From: an uncultured Verrucomicrobiae bacterium
GTDB lineage: Bacteria; Verrucomicrobiota; Verrucomicrobiia; Chthoniobacterales; UBA10450
Direction of reading: 5' to 3'
Assembly (NCBI GenBank): GCA_963815455.1
Contig: CAWFGO010000001.1
Location: forward strand, 448,001 to 512,000
Length of the DNA: 64,000 nt
This document shows positions 20,165 through 28,273 of the stretch, one piece after another. The notes beneath the pieces were generated by a model that searched no databases, was not told the DNA's origin, and saw only the letters and a program-made list of their open reading frames with translations. Every line of letters begins with the position of its first letter. Position 1 is the stretch's first letter. The translations under genes were made by a program, and so were the position numbers.

Positions 20165-20455
20165 GGAGGAACGCCACACCGCTGGCGCGATTGTAAGAAG
20201 CGCTTCTTCGCCGAAGGCCAGGTGAATTACCCAACCCCGTCCAATCCGGTGAAATTCTTTTACACCCGCGATCACCTGGGAAGCATCCGCGAGGTGACCG
20301 ATTCAACCGGCACGGTTGTAGCCCGATACGACTACGATGCATGGGGCAAGCAAGTGGCCACGTTGGGCAACATCACCGCGTCGGATTTCGGTTACACCGG
20401 CCATCGCGCGCTGGTAACGGGGACTGGCGCAGACATTATTAAATGGACATTTTAG
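20165..20455 (+). pseudogene. Third RHS core fragment, toxin tip missing
   Basis: KRFFAEGQVNYPTPSNPVKFFYTRDHLGSIREVTD...FGYTGH nearly identical to 18804-19043; homology stops abruptly near 20405. Confidence 0.8.
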
Positions 20456-20742
20456 TTGGATGTTTGATCGGAGTGCTGGCGGGAGGTTTGTTGCTCCGTA
20501 TGAGCTTCGCTTTGAGACATCGTCGAGAACGCCTTGGGAAATGGCTCTTTTTGCTCCTATCCTACTTCCTGATCGCAGGAGTTGCTGTTGCGTGTATCAT
20601 CGTCAACCAATATATCATCGATGAAACTGCTTGGGGGAAAGGACACACTCTAACGGTTACGTGGATATTATTCTATTTTACCGCTTGCACGGTATTGGGT
20701 ATTCAAAACCTTCGAAACCAGCAGCGTGAAAAGCGCGAATAG
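20443..20742 (+). CDS. Small 3-TM membrane protein; candidate orphan immunity protein
   Basis: Three hydrophobic segments; follows the third RHS fragment. Confidence 0.55.
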   Translation: MDILVGCLIGVLAGGLLLRMSFALRHRRERLGKWLFLLLSYFLIAGVAVACIIVNQYIIDETAWGKGHTLTVTWILFYFTACTVLGIQNLRNQQREKRE

Positions 20743-20863
20743 AGATGAGCGATAAATTGGCGGTTTCGACTCATTTGGAACCATTTTGGAATCCTAGCGG
20801 GATGCACAGCCGTTCAGTCGGATTCTTCGACTTCGTTTCGCTGCGCTTAACGGAGCCTGTCCT

Positions 20864-20902
20864 GCGCCCGGTCGACGTCGAGTTGCCGGTCGAAGCGTAA
20901 GC
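20864..20902 (+). repeat. Right copy of the 39-bp sigma 3'-end direct repeat
   Basis: gcgcccggtcgacgtcgagttgccggtcgaagcgtaagc encodes RPVDVELPVEA*; preceded by a truncated REP arm (20820-20864). Confidence 0.9.
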
Positions 20903-20911
20903 TTCCACGCC

Positions 20912-21049
20912 GTCATCCCGAGCGAAGCGTAGCGGAGTCGAGGGATCCCGTTGCGCAAACTTTAAGCTCGTTCCCCGGGATCCTTCGACTTCGTTCCGCT
21001 ACGCTTCACGGAGCCTGTCCTGAGCGGAGTCGAAGGGCTCAGGATGACA
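20912..21049. repeat. GTCATCCCGAGC...GCTCAGGATGAC palindromic REP/MITE-like element
   Basis: Terminal inverted repeats; related copies at 24712-24837, 52903 (partial) and 20820 (partial). Confidence 0.8.
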
Positions 21050-21059
21050 GACTGCTTTG

Positions 21060-22460
21060 TTACTTCGCGATTCGCAGCTGCACGCAATCGACCAGCGTCC
21101 GGCCCCACTGGATATCGCTGATGACCACCAGCCGATTGCCCGGCGCAGACAATTTGTTCTTCTTCAGATATTTTTCCGCTGCGTCGATCGTCTCGTGTGG
21201 ATCGGTGAAGTCGATCCGGACCGGGACGGTTCCCCAGTAGAGCGCCAGTTGGCGATAGACCTCGTCGCTTTCGGTAAAGGCAAAAATCGGCGCCCGCGCC
21301 GGGCGCATGTTCGAGACGTAACGCGCCATTCTCCCGTGCCGGGTAAAGACGATCAGTTTCGAATCGCGCAACGAATTGGCCAGAACCACGGCCGAAGCGA
21401 CCGTCTTCTGGCGGTCGTCTTCGAGCAGCGCGTGTTCGGCGTAGCCGGCGCCGCCGCTGCGCTCAATTCGCGTCGCCACGCGATTCATTACTTCGACGCA
21501 CTCGACCGGGTAGCGTCCGATCGTTGTTTCGCCGCTGAGCATGATCGCGTCGGCCTGTTCGAACACGGCGTTAGCCACATCGGTGATCTCCGCCCGTGTC
21601 GGCAATGGGTTCTTAATCATCGATTCCAACAATTGCGTCGCCACGATCACCGGTTTGCCCAAACGAATACAACTCTTGACGATCCGCCGCTGAATAATTG
21701 GCAATTCTTCCATCGGGCATTCAATGCCGAGGTCGCCCCGCGCCACCATGATCGCATCCGCGGCGGCAATCATCTTGTCGATCGAACGGACGGCGAGTTG
21801 GTCTTCGATCTTGGCCACGATCAACGCTTTGCTCTTCTTCTTCACCAGGAGTTTGCGCAGTTCTTCGATGTCGCTCTTTTCGCGGACGAAACTGAGGGCT
21901 ACAAAATCGACTCCCATCGCCACACCAAGCCCAACATCGACAATGTCCTTTTTCGTTAACGGCGGAAGATTCACGTGCACCCCGGGCAGATTGATGTGTC
22001 GGCGCGAACCGAGGGCTGCGCGGGTCAGAACCTTGCAGCGCACCCGATTCTTTCCCTTTCCGAGCACGAGCATCTTGATCAGGCCGCTGTCTACCAGGAT
22101 CGTGTTGCCAACCGTCAGGTCATCGACAAACCCGTTGTAATTGACATCCACTGAGTAGCGCTCCTGGCTCTTCGCCTTGCGCACGGTGAACTCGAGAATG
22201 TCGCCCGGCTTCAAGTGAAGATTCGTCTTCACATCGCCGGTCCGAATGGCCGGGCCCTGGGTATCGAGCAGAATCGCAACCGAGCGCCCGATTTTCTGCG
22301 CCAGTCCACGAATTCGCGGCACGATATCGCGAACCCAGTCATGAGTAGCGTGGCTCATGTTCAGACGAAACACGTCCGCGCCTTCATCAATCAACTGGCG
22401 TATTACCTCCGTCTGTTCTGTAGCGGGCCCCAGCGTGCAGATGATTTTCGTCTTGCGCAT
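21060..22460 (-). CDS. pyk: Pyruvate kinase
   Basis: RKTKIICTLGPAT, RLNMSH, LDTQGPAIRTG, IVAKIE, IMVARGDLGIE, ATQLLESM, MLSGET. Confidence 0.97.
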   Translation of the reverse strand: MRKTKIICTLGPATEQTEVIRQLIDEGADVFRLNMSHATHDWVRDIVPRIRGLAQKIGRSVAILLDTQGPAIRTGDVKTNLHLKPGDILEFTVRKAKSQERYSVDVNYNGFVDDLTVGNTILVDSGLIKMLVLGKGKNRVRCKVLTRAALGSRRHINLPGVHVNLPPLTKKDIVDVGLGVAMGVDFVALSFVREKSDIEELRKLLVKKKSKALIVAKIEDQLAVRSIDKMIAAADAIMVARGDLGIECPMEELPIIQRRIVKSCIRLGKPVIVATQLLESMIKNPLPTRAEITDVANAVFEQADAIMLSGETTIGRYPVECVEVMNRVATRIERSGGAGYAEHALLEDDRQKTVASAVVLANSLRDSKLIVFTRHGRMARYVSNMRPARAPIFAFTESDEVYRQLALYWGTVPVRIDFTDPHETIDAAEKYLKKNKLSAPGNRLVVISDIQWGRTLVDCVQLRIAK

Positions 22461-22462
22461 GA

Positions 22463-22552
22463 TGGTGGATCGAGCTCTCCGAGCTCGATGCTAGATGCGA
22501 CGCGGCTCCGCCGCCATTAATTAACATCGCGCTCGGAGATCGCGATCCACCA
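22463..22552. repeat. REP doublet (REPIN-like)
   Basis: tggtggatcgagctctccgagctcgatg ... catcgcgctcggagatcgcgatccacca. Confidence 0.7.
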
Positions 22553-22604
22553 GAGAGCGCGGCTCGTCTCCATGGACGTGCCGCGCTTCGCCGTTCAGCG
22601 TTTC

Positions 22605-23174
22605 TTACTTCAGCTTGCCTTGAGTTTCCTTGGCCAGATTGAGGTGCTCTTCAATCATCTTGGCCCCTTTTTCCGCGAACGCCTTCAGGTCGGGATCGGT
22701 TCCCTCTTTTGCTTCTTCCTGAAATTCAGCCAGATCTTTCTCGTGGTCCTTCACCATCATGTCGATGTAGCTCTTATCCGAGGTCCACGTAGGAGTCTCT
22801 TTGGACTTCGGCATTTTCGCGCCCTTCTTAGCGGCGATAGCCTTGAGCTCGTCATTCGCATTTGAATGATCCGTGACCATTCGTTTGCCAAACGCTTTCA
22901 CGTCGTCGCTCTTGGCGTGCTCGGCCGCCATCTTTCCCAGCTCGACTTCCATCATCCCGCCCTTGGCCGCTTTCCTCATGAACTTCTTGTCCTTTTCATC
23001 CAAAGGACTCTTCGCCGTTGCTTCAGTCGTCGCCGCAAGCTGAGTCGCAGCGGAATCATCCTTCTTTTTCGATTCTGCCTGGCCGAAGGCCGCGCCGCTA
23101 AGGCAAAGGGCGCCAACCGTCAGGCCGATAATCGTAAGCCGTGTAAAAATGTTCGTTTGTTTTTTCATAATCAT
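22605..23174 (-). CDS. DUF4142 domain exported protein
   Basis: DKKFMRKAAKGGMMEVELG...VKAFGKRMVTDH...YIDMMVKDH; signal peptide. Confidence 0.85.
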   Translation of the reverse strand: MIMKKQTNIFTRLTIIGLTVGALCLSGAAFGQAESKKKDDSAATQLAATTEATAKSPLDEKDKKFMRKAAKGGMMEVELGKMAAEHAKSDDVKAFGKRMVTDHSNANDELKAIAAKKGAKMPKSKETPTWTSDKSYIDMMVKDHEKDLAEFQEEAKEGTDPDLKAFAEKGAKMIEEHLNLAKETQGKLK

Positions 23175-23270
23175 GTTCTTTTGAGGTGAGACATCTCGGA
23201 ATGCTCATCCATTCAAAAATCGCACGTTCACGACGCTTTGGATGTGAATACTTGTCGCCCCGGCTCTGCC

Positions 23271-24686
23271 CTACCTTTGCTGGGCGTTTTGCGTATAGGA
23301 AGTCTCGACCCGTTTGGCCACATCTTTATAGCCGTAGTCGGCCTCGTAAATCTGTTTCATGCAATTGAGCGATTTCTCGCCCTCACCCATTCGCTCGTAA
23401 ACAAGCCCCAGATTGTAAACGATCTCCTTTTTCATCGCGTCCATCGACAAAATCTCTTTCGAGGCCTCTTCAAATTGTTTCATCGCCAGATCGAACATTC
23501 CCAGCTCGCTGTGACAAAGCCCCAGCAGATTCATCGCCTTGAGACGCGCATTCGGATTTTGACGGGCCCGCTGCAGTTCCGGCAGGGCCTCGCGGAAATG
23601 TCCGGCGCCGGCCAGACGCTCACCCAGTTCGAACCGGAGCTGAAGATCGGTCGGGTTCCGATCGACCCGCTCGCGCGCGTCGGCGATCAGAACTTCCGCG
23701 TGCTTCAGCCTGGCCGCCTTCAATTTCTCGGCCCTCTTCCCATGCAATTCATGATCGCTCGGATGCGTGGCCAGAAACTCCTCGTGCTCGGCAATCTCGC
23801 GTTCCAAACCCTTGATTCTCAAATCGGAAACCTTTCGGATGAGTCCGGTATCGGCCCCCTTGGTTAGGTCGGCGGCATATTGATACCAGGCGATCGCCGA
23901 TTCGATATCTTCCTTCTCCTCGTTTAACACGCCCAGGCGTCGAGCAAGATCGACATTCTCCGGTTGGGCTTGATGGGCGGCATAGGTCTCGGCGATCTGT
24001 TGATCGATCGATTCGCCGGTCAACTTCATCCGGCTTTGTTGCTCCAGCGATACCGCCACCTCCTTGTCCTTGATCAGGTCCCGATAACTTTCCGCCTGCG
24101 TCCATCCGCCGCTTTTCATCGAAGCCCGGGCCGAAGCGTCTTTGCCCAGACGGAGGGCATCGGCATCGAGCGGATTGATCTCATTGATGCGGTTGTAAAT
24201 TTCGACCTCCTGATCGCTCTGGCCGAGATCGTGATGCAACCGGGCCAATTCGTGCAGAACTTTTTCGTCGCGCGGATTTTCTTCCAGCAAAGTCTGCAGC
24301 GCGAATACTCCAATCTCCGGCCAACCCGCAGCCACCGCCGCTTCCTTCAAGACGAGATTTCCCTGTTTATGATACGGCTCGTCCTCCAGGACTTTCTCGA
24401 TCATCTCCATCGCGTGCTTCGGATCCTTCTTCAATTCCCGTTGCGCTTTCATCACCGCAATCGGCGCTGTCGAAATGTTGAACATGCTTTTTTTGGCCGC
24501 CTTGTTCTTAGTTACTTCCGTCCGGCGCAACAATTGCCGGCCAGTCAGGAACTCCGGCTCCTGTTTCAAGATTCCCTGCAACAGCGAGATCGCGTATCCG
24601 AAATTGCGCATCTCGATCGCCGCTACCGCCTTCAGCCAGTGGGCGCGCTGCGTTTCACTCAATTCTTTTTCGGTCTTAAGGGGCAT
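23271..24686 (-). CDS. Tetratricopeptide repeat protein
   Basis: Multiple TPR-like helical pairs (AMNLLGLCHSELG, YNLGLVYERMG). Confidence 0.8.
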   Translation of the reverse strand: MPLKTEKELSETQRAHWLKAVAAIEMRNFGYAISLLQGILKQEPEFLTGRQLLRRTEVTKNKAAKKSMFNISTAPIAVMKAQRELKKDPKHAMEMIEKVLEDEPYHKQGNLVLKEAAVAAGWPEIGVFALQTLLEENPRDEKVLHELARLHHDLGQSDQEVEIYNRINEINPLDADALRLGKDASARASMKSGGWTQAESYRDLIKDKEVAVSLEQQSRMKLTGESIDQQIAETYAAHQAQPENVDLARRLGVLNEEKEDIESAIAWYQYAADLTKGADTGLIRKVSDLRIKGLEREIAEHEEFLATHPSDHELHGKRAEKLKAARLKHAEVLIADARERVDRNPTDLQLRFELGERLAGAGHFREALPELQRARQNPNARLKAMNLLGLCHSELGMFDLAMKQFEEASKEILSMDAMKKEIVYNLGLVYERMGEGEKSLNCMKQIYEADYGYKDVAKRVETSYTQNAQQR

Positions 24687-24711
24687 CGTCTAATCAAAGT
24701 ATACTAACGCT

Positions 24712-24837
24712 GTCATCCCGAGCGAAGTCGAGGGATCCATTGTGAATCCTTCACCCCAACCAACGGGATCCTTCCAGCCTTCGCATAAAGCTACGGCTTG
24801 GCAGGCGACCCCGAAAGCTTTCGGGGCTCAGGATGAC
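24712..24837. repeat. GTCATCCCGAGC-family REP/MITE-like element
   Basis: gtcatcccgagcgaagtcgagggatcc ... ccccgaaagctttcggggctcaggatgac. Confidence 0.75.
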
Positions 24838-24846
24838 TAAGGTCGT

Positions 24847-27357
24847 TCACAACAGATCCAATTGCGGTTTTTCCGGCGCCGTTTTCTTTCCTCCCGATCT
24901 CTTCTTTGTTTTCGGCGGGGCTTCGACCGCTCCGTTTGGTTTCTCCAAATGCGAAAGAATATCTTTGGCCCGGTCCAAAATTTCCTTGGGCAATCCGGCC
25001 AATCGCGCGACCTGGATGCCGTAACTTTTGTCCGCGCCGCCGGGCACTATCTTGCGCAGGAAGATGATCTGATCGTTCCATTCGCGGACCGCGACGTTAA
25101 AATTACACACGCCGCTCCGTTCCTCGGCCAGCTTGGTCAATTCGTGATAATGCGTGGCAAATAGAGTGCGCGCCTTGATCTTGTCATGGAGAAATTCGGC
25201 GACGCTCCAGGCAATCGAGAGTCCGTCGAATGTCGATGTACCGCGACCGATCTCGTCCAGGATAACGAGGCTGCGCTCGGTCGCGTTGTTTACGATGTTC
25301 GAGGTCTCGTTCATTTCCACCATGAACGTCGATTGACCGCGGGCCAGGTCATCGTTCGCCCCCACGCGCGTGAAGATGCGGTCGACCAAACCGATCTCCG
25401 CGTTCTCCGCTGGAACGAAGCTGCCGATCTGCGCCATCAAGACGATCAATGCGACCTGGCGAATGTATGTCGATTTCCCCGCCATGTTCGGTCCAGTGAT
25501 GATGGCCAGCCGCATGCTCTCTCCATCGAGCGTCGTGTCGTTGGGCACAAATTTCTCTTCCACCAGATTTTGATCGAGCACCGGGTGACGCCCGTCCCTG
25601 ATCACAAGCCGGAGCGTCTCGTTCAGGACCGGCCGGCAATAGCGGTACAACCGACCCGTTTCGGCCAGCGCACAGATAACATCGACAATCGCAATCGCCG
25701 CCGCCGTTTGCTGAATCGGCCCGAGCTCGAGCAGAGTTTCATCCCGCAACTTTTGAAAGAGTTGGTACTCCAGTTGTCGCGACCGCTCGTCCGCCCCGAG
25801 AATCTTTGCCTCAATTTCCTTCAACTCGGGAGTGATAAAACGTTCGCCTCCAACGGTCGTCTGTTTGCGGGTGTAATGCGCAGGGACACTCGCCAGATTC
25901 GATTTCGTCACCTCGATGAAATAACCGAACACCGAGTTGTAACGCACTTTGAGCGACTTGATCCCGCTGGCCTCGATCTCGCGTTCCTGCAATTGACTGA
26001 TCCAATCCTTCCCCTCGCGCGAAGCCCCGCGCAACGCATCAAGATCGACATCGTATCCATCCCGAAAGATTCCACCCTCTTTCAAAGCCAATGGCGGATC
26101 GTCCACCACGGCGCGCATCAACTTCTCCGCCAGAGAAGGCATCTCTTGAATTTCATTTTGCAAACGCTGGGCCAAATTCGACGGACGGCTCGGAGAGCCG
26201 TCCCTACCTGTGCCGAACGCGAGTCGCTCAAGCAGTTTTCCAAGCTCGCCCTTCAATTTCGGAATTTGTTGCAACGAAGTTTTCAGCGCCACCAGATCGC
26301 GGGCGTTACCCGAGGCCTGGCTCAAGCGCCCCGACGCGCGCTCAATGTCGCGAATCAATTTCAATTCGCCCCGAATCGACGCCAGCAAATCTGTCTCCTG
26401 CAGCAAATCGGAGATCATTTGCTGGCGGCATTCCAGTTCGGCAAGATTGCGGAGCGGTTGCAAGATCCAGTCCCGCAGTTTGCGTCCGCCCATCGGCGTG
26501 ACGGTGCGATCGAGGACGGCCAACAGGCTTGTATCCCGGACGCTGCGTGATTCGACCAGCTCCAGGTTTGTCTGTGTTGCAGCATCGAGCACAACGTAGT
26601 GCGCGGGTGCATCGCAGCGTAACGACGCAAGATGATCGATCTTGCGTCGAAGCTGGTGCTTCAAGTAATGCACAATTGCGCCGGCCGCGGCGATTGCCTG
26701 CGGCATTTGTCCGCAACCGAATCCATCAAGCGATTTGACCTTGAAATGCTCGCACAAGGTAAATGCCGCCTGCTCGGGCAAGAACGCGTAACTGTCGTAT
26801 CCCAGTGCGGCGGCGATCTCTGCGAACGCTTCCTTCTGCTCGTCGCTAACGAGAAGTTCCGTCGGCGAAACCCGCGCCAATTGATCAAGGAGCGATTGTC
26901 GATCCGGCAATTGCGTCAGACGAAACTCACCCGTGCTCAAATCGGCGTAGGCAAATCCGAACACGTTTCCATCGACATAAACCGCGCCGAGATAGTTCGC
27001 CCGCTTGGATTCGAGCAGGTCGAGATCGCTCACTGTTCCCGCGCTGATGATCTGAGTAATGTCGCGCGAAACGATCTTGCCCGGCTGCGGCTCGCTGGTC
27101 TGATCGCAAATCGCCACGCGTCGTCCGGCCTTGATCAGCTTTGCAATGTAAGTCGGCGCCGCGTGGTAGGGCACCCCGCACATCGGAACTTCGTTGCGCT
27201 TGGTCAACGCTACATTCAGCAACGCCGACGCCTCCTTCGCGTCCTCAAAAAACAGTTCGTAGAAATCGCCCAGCCGAAAGAGCAACAACGTGTCGGCCGG
27301 GATGCTGCTCCGCAGCCGCCGGTACTGCTGCATCATTGGAGTAAGCGCGTCGGCCAT
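24847..27357 (-). CDS. mutS: DNA mismatch repair protein MutS
   Basis: TPMMQQY, FRLGDFYELF, ITGPNMAGKSTY, STFMVEM, LDEIGRGTST, FATHYHEL. Confidence 0.97.
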   Translation of the reverse strand: MADALTPMMQQYRRLRSSIPADTLLLFRLGDFYELFFEDAKEASALLNVALTKRNEVPMCGVPYHAAPTYIAKLIKAGRRVAICDQTSEPQPGKIVSRDITQIISAGTVSDLDLLESKRANYLGAVYVDGNVFGFAYADLSTGEFRLTQLPDRQSLLDQLARVSPTELLVSDEQKEAFAEIAAALGYDSYAFLPEQAAFTLCEHFKVKSLDGFGCGQMPQAIAAAGAIVHYLKHQLRRKIDHLASLRCDAPAHYVVLDAATQTNLELVESRSVRDTSLLAVLDRTVTPMGGRKLRDWILQPLRNLAELECRQQMISDLLQETDLLASIRGELKLIRDIERASGRLSQASGNARDLVALKTSLQQIPKLKGELGKLLERLAFGTGRDGSPSRPSNLAQRLQNEIQEMPSLAEKLMRAVVDDPPLALKEGGIFRDGYDVDLDALRGASREGKDWISQLQEREIEASGIKSLKVRYNSVFGYFIEVTKSNLASVPAHYTRKQTTVGGERFITPELKEIEAKILGADERSRQLEYQLFQKLRDETLLELGPIQQTAAAIAIVDVICALAETGRLYRYCRPVLNETLRLVIRDGRHPVLDQNLVEEKFVPNDTTLDGESMRLAIITGPNMAGKSTYIRQVALIVLMAQIGSFVPAENAEIGLVDRIFTRVGANDDLARGQSTFMVEMNETSNIVNNATERSLVILDEIGRGTSTFDGLSIAWSVAEFLHDKIKARTLFATHYHELTKLAEERSGVCNFNVAVREWNDQIIFLRKIVPGGADKSYGIQVARLAGLPKEILDRAKDILSHLEKPNGAVEAPPKTKKRSGGKKTAPEKPQLDLL

Positions 27358-27853
27358 GACTCCAGAATGAAATCAGCGCGCTGGAATTGCGAGTTTGGAA
27401 TTTCCAATCCGGAGTATGCACGTCGCCGGCGAGCTTTCCAGTCGGCTTGGCGAAATGAGCTTCATTTTCAGTTCCCGAACGGCTGTTTTCTCTTTTTTGA
27501 ACCGGAAAATCGACCAGGATGAGAATTGCCCGGAAGAGAGCACAACGCGACGCGGCTCAAACAAATAAACTTACGTCCCTATCCTCACGGCGAGAGGCAC
27601 TTACGCGAGTACCCGACCGGGCCAGCTAGACAGGCATGGAAACGGCTGTAAATAGGTATGCAGATGAAAATGATCAACGCGTCAATCCACGCCACCCGCC
27701 GCAGCGGGCAGGCCGGATAAAGCGCGTCGGATCGCACCAAGTTGGAGGCCGCCTTTCGCGGCACCCCAGTGGTCGAACTTGAACCACCCCCGAAGAACTT
27801 CGGGGCGGTATCCCGACCGAAATTTCGGGAACAAACCCCAACAACAAACATTT

Positions 27854-28141
27854 ATGAAATCAACACTCCATGTAGGTCCCCCACCAAATCTTCAGCCAAA
27901 TTTTCCGCTGACCGATTACCATTACCAGTCTACCCTCGAAGCTTCGCGCGCGACTGTTGAGGAAACGCGCCGTGCTCACGACATTCGCGGTTTCTGGAAA
28001 TTGAGTGCCGACTTCATCGGCCTCGAAGGCAAGCTCTACTATGCGACCGAGCTTCTGCTATTCGGTGTTATCGTCGCCTTGTCGGGCATCCAGGTGGTTA
28101 CGATGCTCGTGGCCGTGATACGATTCCTCAGAGGTTACTAG
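27854..28141 (+). CDS. Small hypothetical protein with a C-terminal TM helix
   Basis: ATG after an A/C-rich leader; hydrophobic ELLLFGVIVALSGIQVVTMLVAVI. Confidence 0.55.
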   Translation: MKSTLHVGPPPNLQPNFPLTDYHYQSTLEASRATVEETRRAHDIRGFWKLSADFIGLEGKLYYATELLLFGVIVALSGIQVVTMLVAVIRFLRGY

Positions 28142-28273
28142 CGCGTTGTCGAAATTATTGGCCTCGAAGAGGTGTTCCCTGCCTTGAGGATTGCGGCCGG
28201 CACGGCCGCCACTACACCGAGGTGGCGATAGTGGTTGCTGCCTTGGAGTCGGTGAATAGTTTGCGTCACGAGT

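Larger units (their letters stand above)
12342..20902. mobile_element. Integrase-less genomic island carrying the RHS toxin/immunity locus
   Basis: Bounded by the 39-bp sigma-tail direct repeat, with a pyk relic at the left end; parts are AT-richer; no integrase or transposase ORF inside. Confidence 0.6.

Noticed and set aside
15858..20405. RHS repeats as a diversity-generating retroelement TR/VR pair
   Set aside because: No reverse transcriptase in the window, differences do not look adenine-specific, and ordinary orphan RHS cassettes explain them.
27740..27832. FMN- or TPP-riboswitch-like fragments (ttcggggcgg..cccgaccg; ggggtgcc on the minus strand)
   Set aside because: The remaining conserved cores are missing and the downstream gene is unrelated.
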